64,000 nucleotides of DNA, from NCBI GenBank assembly GCA_963662285.2, contig CAXXMV010000008.1:544001-608000 (forward strand). The letters run 5' to 3'. This DNA is from a bacterium (lineage in GTDB: Bacteria; Hinthialibacterota; Hinthialibacteria; Hinthialibacterales; Hinthialibacteraceae). Shown in pieces: positions 10,813-20,321 of the stretch (positions within the stretch are counted from its first letter, which is position 1; each line of letters starts with the position of its first letter). The notes beneath the pieces were generated by a model. It saw nothing but the letters and a program-made list of their open reading frames with translations, had not been told where the DNA came from and made no database searches. The translations under genes were made by a program, and so were the position numbers.

Positions 10813-11268
10813 TTATTCTTCTTTGGTTGAAATGTTATCATCATTTTGCGCTGCAAAAGGTTCCTGCGTGACGCCGCAGGCACAACATCGCTTTACTGAA
10901 CTATAATACCCCATGAATACGCCAAGAACTATCATTATCCAGGTGATTGATTTAAGTAAATGAAGATGCGACAGGAAATAGATTAAACTCTTATCTAATG
11001 AGAATGGGAAAAAATACCATTCGCAAAACAATCCCATTATCAGCGCCAATAAGACGCATAGCACCTCGACAACCTTTGATCTTCTACGCAAGAAGGCGCC
11101 AGCAAGGAATCCTACAAAGAATCCCGGCAACGCGATGGCGTAGAATCCCTGGCTCCATAGCCATCGAAAAACCAGGAATCCGACTATCGATCCCAGGCAG
11201 GCGCCAATGATCCCCAAGACTGTATTAACCGTATTCGACACGCCGCCGCCGCTTTGTTGAATATTCAT
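10813..11268 (-). CDS. Small multi-TM membrane protein of unknown function
   Basis: About four hydrophobic Gly-rich helices; AAGGA RBS. Confidence 0.7.
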   Translation of the reverse strand: MNIQQSGGGVSNTVNTVLGIIGACLGSIVGFLVFRWLWSQGFYAIALPGFFVGFLAGAFLRRRSKVVEVLCVLLALIMGLFCEWYFFPFSLDKSLIYFLSHLHLLKSITWIMIVLGVFMGYYSSVKRCCACGVTQEPFAAQNDDNISTKEE

Positions 11269-11418
11269 AATTATCCTTTGATTTATCAGGATACAAAGAT
11301 TGCAAACGTTATAATATCAGAAGTTTGACAATATTTTAGTATTTATTATTCAAAAATTATCAACTATTATGATGTATAATGATTTTTGGATTGATGATTA
11401 GGTATCCTTGGCGTTGGA

Positions 11419-11484
11419 GGTTTTGGAATACCTGGCGCCCACGAGGGGCGCACCCTACATTTGGTTGCGGTAGGGGACGTTAAA
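11419..11484 (+). repeat. ~66-bp imperfect direct repeat, left of MNT-HEPN cassette, containing GTAG-type REP palindrome
   Basis: Aligns ungapped with 12180-12245; core GGCGCCCACGAGGGGCGCACCCTACA also at ~46548-46574. Confidence 0.8.
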
Positions 11485-11524
11485 CCGGGGGTAGTTTAAT
11501 CGATATAACAGAAGGACTGTTTTT

Positions 11525-11818
11525 ATGATGGATCATCAAAAAGTCAACCACATAATCCAAAAGCATCGTTCCGAATTGAATGAACTTGGTATTTGTTCGT
11601 TGGCAGTATTCGGCTCCACTGCTAGAGGGGAAGCTGATGAAGACAGCGATATTGATATTCTTGTTGAATTCAATCGCCCAATCGGGCTGCTTCATTTTTC
11701 TAAAGTTCGATTGCGACTCGAAACGTTGCTAGATCATCCTGTAGACCTTGTTTCTCGTAATGCTCTTATTGATGAACTCAAAGATGATATTCTTGCTGAG
11801 GCGGTCAATGTGTTTTAA
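11525..11818 (+). CDS. MNT (minimal nucleotidyltransferase) antitoxin, MntA-like
   Basis: FGSTARGEADEDSDIDILVEF = GSx10DxD motif; 97 aa. Confidence 0.9.
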   Translation: MMDHQKVNHIIQKHRSELNELGICSLAVFGSTARGEADEDSDIDILVEFNRPIGLLHFSKVRLRLETLLDHPVDLVSRNALIDELKDDILAEAVNVF

Positions 11819-12161
11819 GAAACGTAAATGGAAATTCCGTATTTTACATATTCTACAAGCCATTGAGAAAATTCAGCGCTATACCTTTGGGCTTTCAATC
11901 GAAGCGTTTAAGGATGATTGGATTGTTGTAGACGCCGTTCAGATGAATCTGCTTGTCATAGGCGAAGCAGCCCGCCACATACCCGATAATATATTAAAAT
12001 CTTTTCCCGAAATTCCATAGAGAGAAATGCGGGATTTACGTAATGTTCTAGCCCACGAATATGATCGAGTCGATTTTGATATCATTTGGCAGGTTAGCCA
12101 AAAGGAACTACCTCCTCTTATTCCTAAACTACGGCAGGTTTACGAAAAGGGTGAAGAATAG
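11808..12161 (+). pseudogene. HEPN/DUF86 (HepT-like) toxin with in-frame TAG at 12018-12020
   Basis: Reads ...IGEAARHIP...FPEIP*REMRDLRNVLAHEYDRVD...; the stop replaces the conserved Trp and precedes the RNxxxH catalytic motif. Confidence 0.88.
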
Positions 12162-12179
12162 ATTGCCCTTTGAGCCTAC

Positions 12180-12245
12180 GGTCTTGAAATGCCGGGCGCC
12201 CACGAGAGGCGCACCCTACATGTTGTTGCAGGAGGGGATATTAAA
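12180..12245 (+). repeat. ~66-bp imperfect direct repeat, right of MNT-HEPN cassette
   Basis: Copy of 11419-11484. Confidence 0.8.
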
Positions 12246-12426
12246 GCAAAGGTGGTTTAATCAAGCGCTGACCGCATTGCGGTCTTGCACTTGGCACCCG
12301 TTCTTGGCGCCCATTTTTGGCAGCCGATATGCGCTCTTTTTATTCAGGATTGATTCTTATATCTGTCATTTTCTCTTATTATATGCGACAATAGTTTTAA
12401 CATAATATAATTATAGGGGAAACACG

Positions 12427-13839
12427 ATGTCATCATCCAATATAAATCGTCGAGCATTTCTTCATGCCTCATCATTATTAGCAGCGGGACTGGCGGCGGG
12501 GAGTTCCCTGCCCCAAAGCGCGTCTGCTGCATCACAGGATCAGCCTAATATTATCTGGTTAATTGCTGATGATATCGGGTGGCGCGAGCTGGGATGCTAT
12601 GGTCATCCGACTATCCGCACTCCCAATATCGATAAACTGGCGCAGAACGGCATCCGTTTTACATCGGCGTTCGTCAATGCATCTTCTTGCAGCCCAAGCC
12701 GTTGCAGTATGTTCACTGGCAAGCATCCCCATTCGACCGGCGCCGAAAACCTGCATGATTCTCTGCCCGCCGATCAGGCTATTGTTCCCGAACTGCTGGC
12801 GCCCATGAATTATTACTCAGGCAATGCAGGAAAATTCCACATGGGAGACTCAGCGGCTCAGCGGTTTGACGTCTTATACAATGATGTTAACCAATGGGGA
12901 AAATTCTTCGATAACCGCCCCAAGAATAAACCCTTTTTCCTTTATATGGGTTTCCATGATGCGCACCGTCCCTTTGACCGTGGATGCATCGACGAGCCGT
13001 ATACTCATGATGATATAGTCGTGCCGCCTTATCTGCCGGATATACCGGAGGCGCGGGAAGAGTTGGCCGGGTTCTATGACGAAATAACCCGCATGGACAG
13101 TGTGATTGGTGATATTTTGGCGCGGTTGGAGAAAGATGGAGAATTGGATAATACCATCATCCTGTTTTGCGGAGATAATGGAATGCCTTTTCCACGGGCT
13201 AAATGCTCGGTTTATGACAGCGGCATCGAAACTCCGTTGATTATGCAATGGCCTAAGAAAATCAAACCCGGCCAAGTTAATGATAACCTGGTCAGTCTGA
13301 TCGACGCGGCGCCGACTACTCTTGAATATGCTGGAGTCAGCATACCCTCAGATATGCAAGGGCATAGTCTGGTCACGGAAATCGATGACCCTTCCCTGCC
13401 CGGCGCTCCATACATATATGCGGAAAAGAACTGGCATGATCTTGATGACCATAGCCGGGCGGTGCGCGATCATCGTTATAAGTATATCCGTAATGCTTTC
13501 CCGGAGATTCCGTTGGAGAATTCCGCCGATAGTTCGGTGGCGCCGTTGTTTCAAAAGATGCGGCAAATGCGGGATGAGGGGACGCTTTCTAAGGAGGCGA
13601 TGTTATTGTTCCGCGGGCGCCGCGCTCCAGAAGAACTTTACGATTTAAGCCGCGACCCCTGGGAATTCAAAAACCTGGTTAATCAACCGGCTTATCAAAC
13701 AGTACTTAAGCGGATGCGTCAGACGCTGGATCAATGGATCAAGGAAACCAAAGATATCCCCCCATCCAAAGCATTGCCTAATGAATTTCACCCCGAAACC
13801 GGAGAAAGAATAGCGCCGCCTCATCAGAATATGAAATAG
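12427..13839 (+). CDS. Sulfatase (formylglycine-dependent, S1), Tat-exported
   Basis: NRRAFL Tat motif; ADD, CSPSR...TG, GKFH, DNG. Confidence 0.93.
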   Translation: MSSSNINRRAFLHASSLLAAGLAAGSSLPQSASAASQDQPNIIWLIADDIGWRELGCYGHPTIRTPNIDKLAQNGIRFTSAFVNASSCSPSRCSMFTGKHPHSTGAENLHDSLPADQAIVPELLAPMNYYSGNAGKFHMGDSAAQRFDVLYNDVNQWGKFFDNRPKNKPFFLYMGFHDAHRPFDRGCIDEPYTHDDIVVPPYLPDIPEAREELAGFYDEITRMDSVIGDILARLEKDGELDNTIILFCGDNGMPFPRAKCSVYDSGIETPLIMQWPKKIKPGQVNDNLVSLIDAAPTTLEYAGVSIPSDMQGHSLVTEIDDPSLPGAPYIYAEKNWHDLDDHSRAVRDHRYKYIRNAFPEIPLENSADSSVAPLFQKMRQMRDEGTLSKEAMLLFRGRRAPEELYDLSRDPWEFKNLVNQPAYQTVLKRMRQTLDQWIKETKDIPPSKALPNEFHPETGERIAPPHQNMK

Positions 13840-13858
13840 AATTTTCTGTATAAAATGC

Positions 13859-13890
13859 TGGAGCGTGAAGACTTGTATCTTCACGCTCCA
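13859..13890. terminator. 13-bp-stem hairpin between convergent genes
   Basis: TGGAGCGTGAAGA-N6-TCTTCACGCTCCA. Confidence 0.6.
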
Positions 13891-13947
13891 ATGATTTATA
13901 TCGTGATTTGGACATGAATACGAATCACAATGATAGTATCTTCATCA

Positions 13948-14910
13948 CTACAGGGTGCAATCCAATCCAATCCATTCCCCGGTTACAGGATCGAACTCGA
14001 AAACTAATTCGTAACCCTTTTGCAATAAGATTTTGTTTGGATTGTCTGGAAAATATGTATGTTCTTTTGCGTTATATACAATTCGCCAAAGTAAAAGCGT
14101 CTCAAACCTAGACTCAGAAAGACAATTCATTGTTTTTGGATTAAGAGTTAGATCTTTGTTTTTAACCCGTAATTCAGCACTACTTAGATCAAATTCCGGA
14201 ACAATATCAGTTCTTTTCATTACATCCGGTCGTATTTTTCGGAAGGAATCATCAAGTAATGCAGCAGCGCTGCTTATGGCTTCCTTCTTACTGATTTTGA
14301 CATCCAATGACGGTGGATGATTGCTGGTAACACCCATTGCGATATAGAAAGGAACACCGTCTCCAGTAAGACAAATATATATTCCATCCGTCTCATAAAT
14401 GAACTTTTCATGAATGATCCGTGGAATGAATATTCTCCATGTAGGAATAGCTACTACATCATCGTAACTCAGATTAACACAACCTGTACCTTGATCGATT
14501 ATGGGAGAGGCGAATCTCTCAGGTTGACCTTGGCTAATCACCCTGAATAAACCATCGACTATCTCTTTTATCTTATCCCGTGATTCATAAGTTTTGGGCA
14601 GATTTTTCCGACTTGCCAATAAATTATCCCCATCGATAAAAATATGCCTTAGATCCTCATCAAAAGAAATATAACATTTCTGATTTAATTTCGTAATATA
14701 ACCTGATTCTTCCTTGATTCCTCGAGCATTTATCTTTGATTCAATTTCTTCCTGGCTGTATTCACTTGGATTAATACCAAGCAAAGATATGATTCGCTGC
14801 ACAGTTTCCGGTATACGATCCTCAGCAAAGGCTGAATTTGAATACCCAGCAGCAAGAATTAAATACAATAATGTATATAGAACGTAATCTTTCATCATTT
14901 TTCCTTTCAT
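13948..14910 (-). CDS. Secreted hypothetical protein
   Basis: 320-aa AT-rich ORF with signal peptide (...SNSAFA); no motif recognised. Confidence 0.6.
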   Translation of the reverse strand: MKGKMMKDYVLYTLLYLILAAGYSNSAFAEDRIPETVQRIISLLGINPSEYSQEEIESKINARGIKEESGYITKLNQKCYISFDEDLRHIFIDGDNLLASRKNLPKTYESRDKIKEIVDGLFRVISQGQPERFASPIIDQGTGCVNLSYDDVVAIPTWRIFIPRIIHEKFIYETDGIYICLTGDGVPFYIAMGVTSNHPPSLDVKISKKEAISSAAALLDDSFRKIRPDVMKRTDIVPEFDLSSAELRVKNKDLTLNPKTMNCLSESRFETLLLWRIVYNAKEHTYFPDNPNKILLQKGYELVFEFDPVTGEWIGLDCTL

Positions 14911-15002
14911 CTTTTAACATTGAAATCAACAATTCACATAGTGAATTCCTTGATAATACGATAAGTATTAATTAGATTTATCAGAATCAACTACGATTGG
15001 CT

Positions 15003-15087
15003 GGGTGGCAAGGGCAAGAGCGCATTGCGCTCAGCCCTTGATCAAGCCACCACTGATAGGATGAAATTCCTTAACTTAATGACATTG
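15003..15087 (+). repeat. Dispersed palindromic repeat family A (GGGTG(G/C)CAAGGGCAAGA...GCATTGC...AGCCCTTGATCAA...TTAACTTAATGAC)
   Basis: Other copies at 18682-18766, 46401-46481 (rc) and 12252-12300 (rc); partial copies at ~24219, ~26000, ~26330 and 35553. Confidence 0.8.
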
Positions 15088-15236
15088 GAGTTAGAGGGGG
15101 GTTGCGTTTCAAAGAATCAACCCCCACCTAACCTCCCCCAGGCTTTGTAAAGGCCTGGGACATGGGTAACAGGTGTTCGGGGACATAGGTAACACATTCC
15201 CTGAGTGTATTCTAGCCTTGAAAGGAGGCGAAGAAT

Positions 15237-16403
15237 ATGCCCTGGAACGAGGTGGACCTTATGTCTCTGAGAAAAGAATTCGTATTGTTGAGCCAGCAAG
15301 AAGAAAGCAACATCAGCCAATTATGTAAACGGTTTGATATCAGCCGTAAGACGGGTTACAAATGGATCAAACGGTACAAAGAAGGAGGAGGCGAAAATCT
15401 CCAAGACCGTTCCAAAAAACCCAATACTTGCCCTCATCAAACAGATAAGTCTATCGAGCAAGCCATTACAGAAAATCGCGAAAAAGGATGGGGAGGACGC
15501 AAAATTCGCTCTCGTCTGATTCAATTGGGATACGAAAATGTTCCTAGCGCCAGCACTATTACTGCCGTGTTACGCCGACTGGGATTGCTGGATGAAAAGG
15601 AAAGTCACAAGCACAAAGCCTATAAGCGTTTTGAAAAAGATACGCCCAACGAATTGTGGCAAATGGATTTCAAAGGAGATTTTCCCACGCTCAAAGCACG
15701 CTGTTATCCGCTCAGCATTCTGGATGATTGCACGCGCTTTGTTCCCGGATTATTTTCGTGCGCCAATCAGCAAAGGGAAACCGTGCAAGACTCCCTGGAA
15801 AGCGTGTTCAGGATGTATGGTATGCCTCGGGCGATGTTGATGGATAACGGAAGTCCGTGGGGAGGATGCAAAACCTGCGAATACACCAGATTGACAATAT
15901 GGCTGATACGATTGGGTATTCGCGTGTATCACGGTCGCCCCTACCATCCGCAAACCCAAGGCAAGGTCGAGCGATTTCACCGGACCTTTAAGCAAGAATT
16001 GCTGATAAGGGAATCGTTTGTGGATTTGGAATATTGCCAAAGGCGGTTTGATGAGTGGCGTTATGAATACAATTTTGAGCGTCCTCACGAAGCCCTGGAT
16101 ATGGATGTCCCGGCTAACCATTATACGTCCAGTCCTTTTGTTTATCCGGGAAGTTTGCCGGATATCGAGTACGCGCCGGGCAGCATTATCAGGAAGGTGC
16201 AACAAGGAGGTCGGGTGGCGTACCGTGGTGAAGATTACCGGGTGAGCCGCGCCCTGGTAGGATGCCCGGTTGCCTTGAAACCCGCTATGACCGATGGGAT
16301 GATGGACGTATATTTTTGCCGACAAAAAATCAAGACGCTCGATCTGCGTTTGAATGAAATCAAAGAAGATAACTTGGCAATCCAGAAAAAGGCGTCACAA
16401 TAG
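15237..16403 (+). CDS. IS481-family DDE transposase
   Basis: N-terminal HTH; WQMDFKG, LDD, MDNGSPW, HPQTQGKVERFHRT, YNFERPHEAL. Confidence 0.95.
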   Translation: MPWNEVDLMSLRKEFVLLSQQEESNISQLCKRFDISRKTGYKWIKRYKEGGGENLQDRSKKPNTCPHQTDKSIEQAITENREKGWGGRKIRSRLIQLGYENVPSASTITAVLRRLGLLDEKESHKHKAYKRFEKDTPNELWQMDFKGDFPTLKARCYPLSILDDCTRFVPGLFSCANQQRETVQDSLESVFRMYGMPRAMLMDNGSPWGGCKTCEYTRLTIWLIRLGIRVYHGRPYHPQTQGKVERFHRTFKQELLIRESFVDLEYCQRRFDEWRYEYNFERPHEALDMDVPANHYTSSPFVYPGSLPDIEYAPGSIIRKVQQGGRVAYRGEDYRVSRALVGCPVALKPAMTDGMMDVYFCRQKIKTLDLRLNEIKEDNLAIQKKASQ

Positions 16404-16404
16404 A

Positions 16405-16528
16405 AATTGGTTGGGCGAAACGGAAGCGGGCGCTGCAGGAGTGCAACCCGCCAGGGATAGCCGATCCGAGGTGCGAGGGATAATGCAGGAGGTGAAATAT
16501 TCACCTCCTCCCTCTAAGCCAACCAATT
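16405..16528 (+). ncRNA. Candidate structured RNA/DNA element in IS481 3' non-coding region (second copy 23463-23586)
   Basis: Closing stem AATTGGTTGG/CCAACCAATT encloses GCGGG..TGCA-GGAG-TGCA..CCCGC, GGAT/ATCC and AGGAGGTGAA-ATA-TTCACCTCCT hairpins. Folded by eye; strand and expression unknown. Confidence 0.4.
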
Positions 16529-17291
16529 ATCCTGAGCATCTCTAGATGCCTAAAAAAAAACTCAAACAATAACCTGGGATAAATCCCGGTTTTGATAAAA
16601 AACTGTAACCCATGTCCCCGAACATGTGTTACCCATCTACCCGGTCTGTACAGGCTTGGGGGAGGGATAACGCACTTCAATTGGCTGACCTGTTACATCA
16701 TTAGTATATTCAAGCGCAAATATCCGGTCGTAAGACCCGGTTTGCCACGCTTGATTTATGTGTTGAAAATCCTTTATGCTATATTTGTCCGTTATGCAAT
16801 ATCCGTAAAGAAAGAGTATAAATGCAATGATAATGCTTAAATGGGCGCAACGTTGTATGATTCCAAAAATTGGTTGATCATAACAACATTGCTTAATGTG
16901 GGATAATTTGTGGTTTGCGGCTTTCAAGTATTTTACTATGAAATTTTGGCTGCTAGTGGTCAACATCAAATCTCCCATGTTAAAATTTGATTCTATCTCC
17001 ATTATTATATAATGTGCTCCGGATGTCAGAATAATAAACAAAGATATGCACTATAGATAAGTTACGTCTTGCCTGTTCAATAGTAACACTTTTTGCTCTC
17101 ACGCACTGTATTTTATTCATAATCAGGCATTCTCCAGCAAAAATCGTTATAATTATGTAGATATTTTTGTTCTATTAAGGATATACAAGACTCCCTTTCA
17201 TCTGTCATAATGGAATTAAAGCGGATTGCTCAATAAAGGATGTTAAGAGAACCGGTCTGACAAATATTATATATAAATCAGGAGATGGGCG

Positions 17292-18638
17292 ATGAATCTT
17301 GAAAATAGAAGGCTATTCCTGAAGCGATGCAGTAAGAGTGCAGTCGGCATGTGGTCCGGGGCGATGGTGGTGGCTCAAGGGCGCAAAGCGGTTTCGGCGA
17401 ATGATAAGGTGATCCTCGGCGCCATCGGTTTGGGGGGTAGAGGTCAATCGTTGATTCGTGGATTCGCCCGGCGCGACGATGTGCAAGTGGCTACGCTATG
17501 CGATCCAAACTTGGGGCGTCCCAAGCAATTATTCAATATGCTGAAGGATGATCATAATCCTAAGTTGCAATTGATCCAGGATTTCCGCCGTGTTATTGAA
17601 GACAAAGATATTGATGCAGTGGTCGTGGCGACCCCGGATCATTGGCACGCTTTGCCCACTGTTTTTGCCTGTCAGGCTGGTAAAGACGTTTATGTAGAAA
17701 AACCAGCATCGCATAACATTTGGGAAGGCCGCAAGATGGTGGAAGCGGCGCGTAAGTATAAGCGGGTAGTGCAGGTGGGAACCCAAAGCCGTAGCGCGCC
17801 TTACAGCCACAAGGCTCGGGAATATATCCAAAGCGGTAAACTGGGCAAAATACATTTCTGCAAGATTTATAACTTGAAACCGGGATCGCCATATAAAGAG
17901 AGTCCAACCAGCGACATTCCCAAAGACGTCAATTGGGACTTATGGTTGGGGCCAGCCAAGATGCGGGACTTCCGCCCCAGCATCCTGAGCGGCTGGCTGT
18001 ATTATTGGGATTATTGCAATGGCGATTTCGGCAATGACAGCATCCATCAAATCGATCTGGCGCGTATGTTGATAGGCAAGGATTACGCCAAGAGCGTCCA
18101 TTGCACCGGCGGCAATCTGGCGTTTGATGATGACCGGGACGTGCCTGATACTCAGACGGCTACCTTTGAGTATGATGATATGATCGTCAACTTTGAACTG
18201 ACTCAATGGACTAACTATATGGCCAAAACTCCCATGGCCATGCGCGACAAGGATGAGTTCCCCTACTGGCTGCAAAATGCAACGCGCATCGAGATTTATG
18301 GAACCAAAGGTTTGATGATCGTCGGTCGTCACGGCGGTGGATGGCAGGTCTTCACCAATGACGGTAAAGTGATGGCGCAGGAGCATGGGCGTTTTCCAGA
18401 AGATCCGCATAAGGCGAACTTCATTAATTGCATCCGCAGCAGAGAACTGCCTTACGCCGATATCGAAGAGGGGCATCTCAGCGCGGTTATGGTGCACATG
18501 GGCAACATCGCATACCGCACCGGCAAACGAAAATTGGACTTCGATTCAAAAACCGAAAGTTTCATCGGAGACGATCTAGCCAATAGCCTGTTAAAAAGAG
18601 AATACCGCAAACCTTATGTGATACCAGAAGTGGTTTAG
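17292..18638 (+). CDS. Gfo/Idh/MocA oxidoreductase, Tat-exported
   Basis: NRRLFLK; GLGGRG; ATPDHWH; YVEKP; VQVGTQSR. Confidence 0.93.
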   Translation: MNLENRRLFLKRCSKSAVGMWSGAMVVAQGRKAVSANDKVILGAIGLGGRGQSLIRGFARRDDVQVATLCDPNLGRPKQLFNMLKDDHNPKLQLIQDFRRVIEDKDIDAVVVATPDHWHALPTVFACQAGKDVYVEKPASHNIWEGRKMVEAARKYKRVVQVGTQSRSAPYSHKAREYIQSGKLGKIHFCKIYNLKPGSPYKESPTSDIPKDVNWDLWLGPAKMRDFRPSILSGWLYYWDYCNGDFGNDSIHQIDLARMLIGKDYAKSVHCTGGNLAFDDDRDVPDTQTATFEYDDMIVNFELTQWTNYMAKTPMAMRDKDEFPYWLQNATRIEIYGTKGLMIVGRHGGGWQVFTNDGKVMAQEHGRFPEDPHKANFINCIRSRELPYADIEEGHLSAVMVHMGNIAYRTGKRKLDFDSKTESFIGDDLANSLLKREYRKPYVIPEVV

Positions 18639-18681
18639 CGCCATTTTGAAAATAGTATTAGTATTTTGTCTAGCAAATAGC

Positions 18682-18920
18682 GGGTGCCAAGGGCAAGACC
18701 GCATTGCGGTCAGCCCTTGATCAAACCACTAACGATAGGATGTAATTACTTAACTTAATGACATTGACAGGTGCCAAGGGCAGTGTCCTTTCTGCCCTTG
18801 ATCGAATACCAAAACTATAAAGTAAATCATAATTTTGTTTATTGAGTTAAACGTTTATAAAATCATCAAAATATATGAGGTGAACTGAATTAAGGGCAGG
18901 AAATACATTGCCCTTGGCGC
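18682..18920. repeat. Cluster of palindromic repeats (family A plus an inverted pair of family B GGTGCCAAGGGCAGTGT..TTTCTGCCCTTG)
   Basis: Family B also at 40823 (+), 41641/41905/42169 (rc), 46872-46906 (rc) and 30345 (degenerate). Confidence 0.75.
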
Positions 18921-18969
18921 CATGTTTCGCCTTGCTCTTGGAGTCAAACTGTAATATCAGGAGAAGATT

Positions 18970-20193
18970 ATGAAGTCGAGAGAACGAGTTCTTGCCGCGC
19001 TTAACCACCAGGAGACCGACCGGATTCCATTGGATTTCTCCGGCCACAGGTCTTCGGGCATCAGCGCTATAGCCTACGCCAAACTGCGCCAACATTTAGG
19101 ATTACCGCAAAAGCCGGTGCGGGTATATGACCCCATCCAGCAACTGGCCATCATCGATGAAGATATCCTGGATCGTTTCGGGGTGGATACCATAGAAATG
19201 GGACGCGGTTTCGCTTTGCTGGATGAGCACTGGGCGGACTGGACTTTGCCGGATGGATCGCCCTGTCAATTACCGGCATGGGTTAATCCTGAGCGCCTCG
19301 AAGACCAGTGGGTAATTCGCTCGAAGAATGGCCAGATCATAGCGCGTATGCCGGATGGGGCGCTTTATTTTGAGCAGTGCTACTATCCCTTTGCTGAGAA
19401 TGCAGAGATAGAAAAAACCCGGGAAGCGCTTGATGAATGCATGTGGACATCTATTGCATCGCCACCAGGGCCATTAGTGGCTGGCGCCGATGGTAAAGAG
19501 GTGTTGCGTAATGGCGCCAAGGCTTTATATGAAAAAACTGACTGGGCCGTCATCGGTTTGTTCGGCGGCAATCTGCTGGAGACGGGGCAGTTCTTATTTC
19601 GTAATGACAACTTTCTAATGCTGCTGGCGGCTGATCCTCCCAAGGCGCACCGCTTTCTAGATATTATTGTGGAAATGCATCTTAAGAATCTGGAAGCATT
19701 TCTTGGAGCAGTTGGCCCGTATATCGATATCATTGTGTTCGGCGATGATCTGGGTATGCAGAAAGGCCCGCAGATTTCACCCAAAATGTACCGCGAATTA
19801 TTCAAGCCGCGTCATGCCATGATGTGGAAGAGGGCTAAGGAACTGGCTGACGTCAAAGTGATGCTGCATTGCTGCGGCGGAGTGCGTCCCCTGTTGGGCG
19901 ACTTGATTGACGCTGGTCTTGACGCCATCAATCCAGTGCAGATCAATTGCGCCAGGATGGACCCCCAGGAACTCAAAGACGAGTTCGGCGAAGACCTCAC
20001 TTTCTGGGGAGGCGGCTGCGATACCCAACGCATTCTGCCGGATGGCAGTCCGGAGCAGATTCAAAAACACGTTCGGGAAATGATTGAGATATTTAAACCA
20101 AACGGCGGCTTCGTATTCCAGCAGGTTCATAATATCCTGGCTAATGTACCGCCGGAGAATGTCGTGGCTATGCTTGATGCTGTTAATGGATAA
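18970..20193 (+). CDS. Uroporphyrinogen-decarboxylase-family (MtaA/CmuA-like) methyltransferase
   Basis: SRERVLAALNHQETDRIP; GDDLG; HCCG; NPVQ; FWGGGCDTQ; HNI...VPPEN. Confidence 0.85.
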   Translation: MKSRERVLAALNHQETDRIPLDFSGHRSSGISAIAYAKLRQHLGLPQKPVRVYDPIQQLAIIDEDILDRFGVDTIEMGRGFALLDEHWADWTLPDGSPCQLPAWVNPERLEDQWVIRSKNGQIIARMPDGALYFEQCYYPFAENAEIEKTREALDECMWTSIASPPGPLVAGADGKEVLRNGAKALYEKTDWAVIGLFGGNLLETGQFLFRNDNFLMLLAADPPKAHRFLDIIVEMHLKNLEAFLGAVGPYIDIIVFGDDLGMQKGPQISPKMYRELFKPRHAMMWKRAKELADVKVMLHCCGGVRPLLGDLIDAGLDAINPVQINCARMDPQELKDEFGEDLTFWGGGCDTQRILPDGSPEQIQKHVREMIEIFKPNGGFVFQQVHNILANVPPENVVAMLDAVNG

Positions 20194-20321
20194 TGGGGTT
20201 GATGGGTCGAAGCGCAACCCCCCTCTAACTCCCCCCAGGCTTGGGGGGAGAATTCTGGTATCAGCAGTTAATTAATTGACTGTGATGGAGCAGTTACTAT
20301 ATTTCTATTAAGAGGTCAACC

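Larger units (their letters stand above)
15146..16652 (+). mobile_element. IS481-family insertion sequence, copy 1 (1507 bp, 5-bp TSD GGCTT)
   Basis: TGT...ACA ends, imperfect IRs with sub-repeats CAT(G/A)GGTAACA; GGCTT at 15141-15145 and 16653-16657; near-identical to 22204-23710. Confidence 0.93.

Noticed and set aside
9998-12245. Integron cassette array (OXA gene plus TA plus palindromes)
   Set aside because: No integrase, no RYYYAAC...GTTRRRY attC ends, and mixed gene orientation; the palindromes are REP-like and dispersed.
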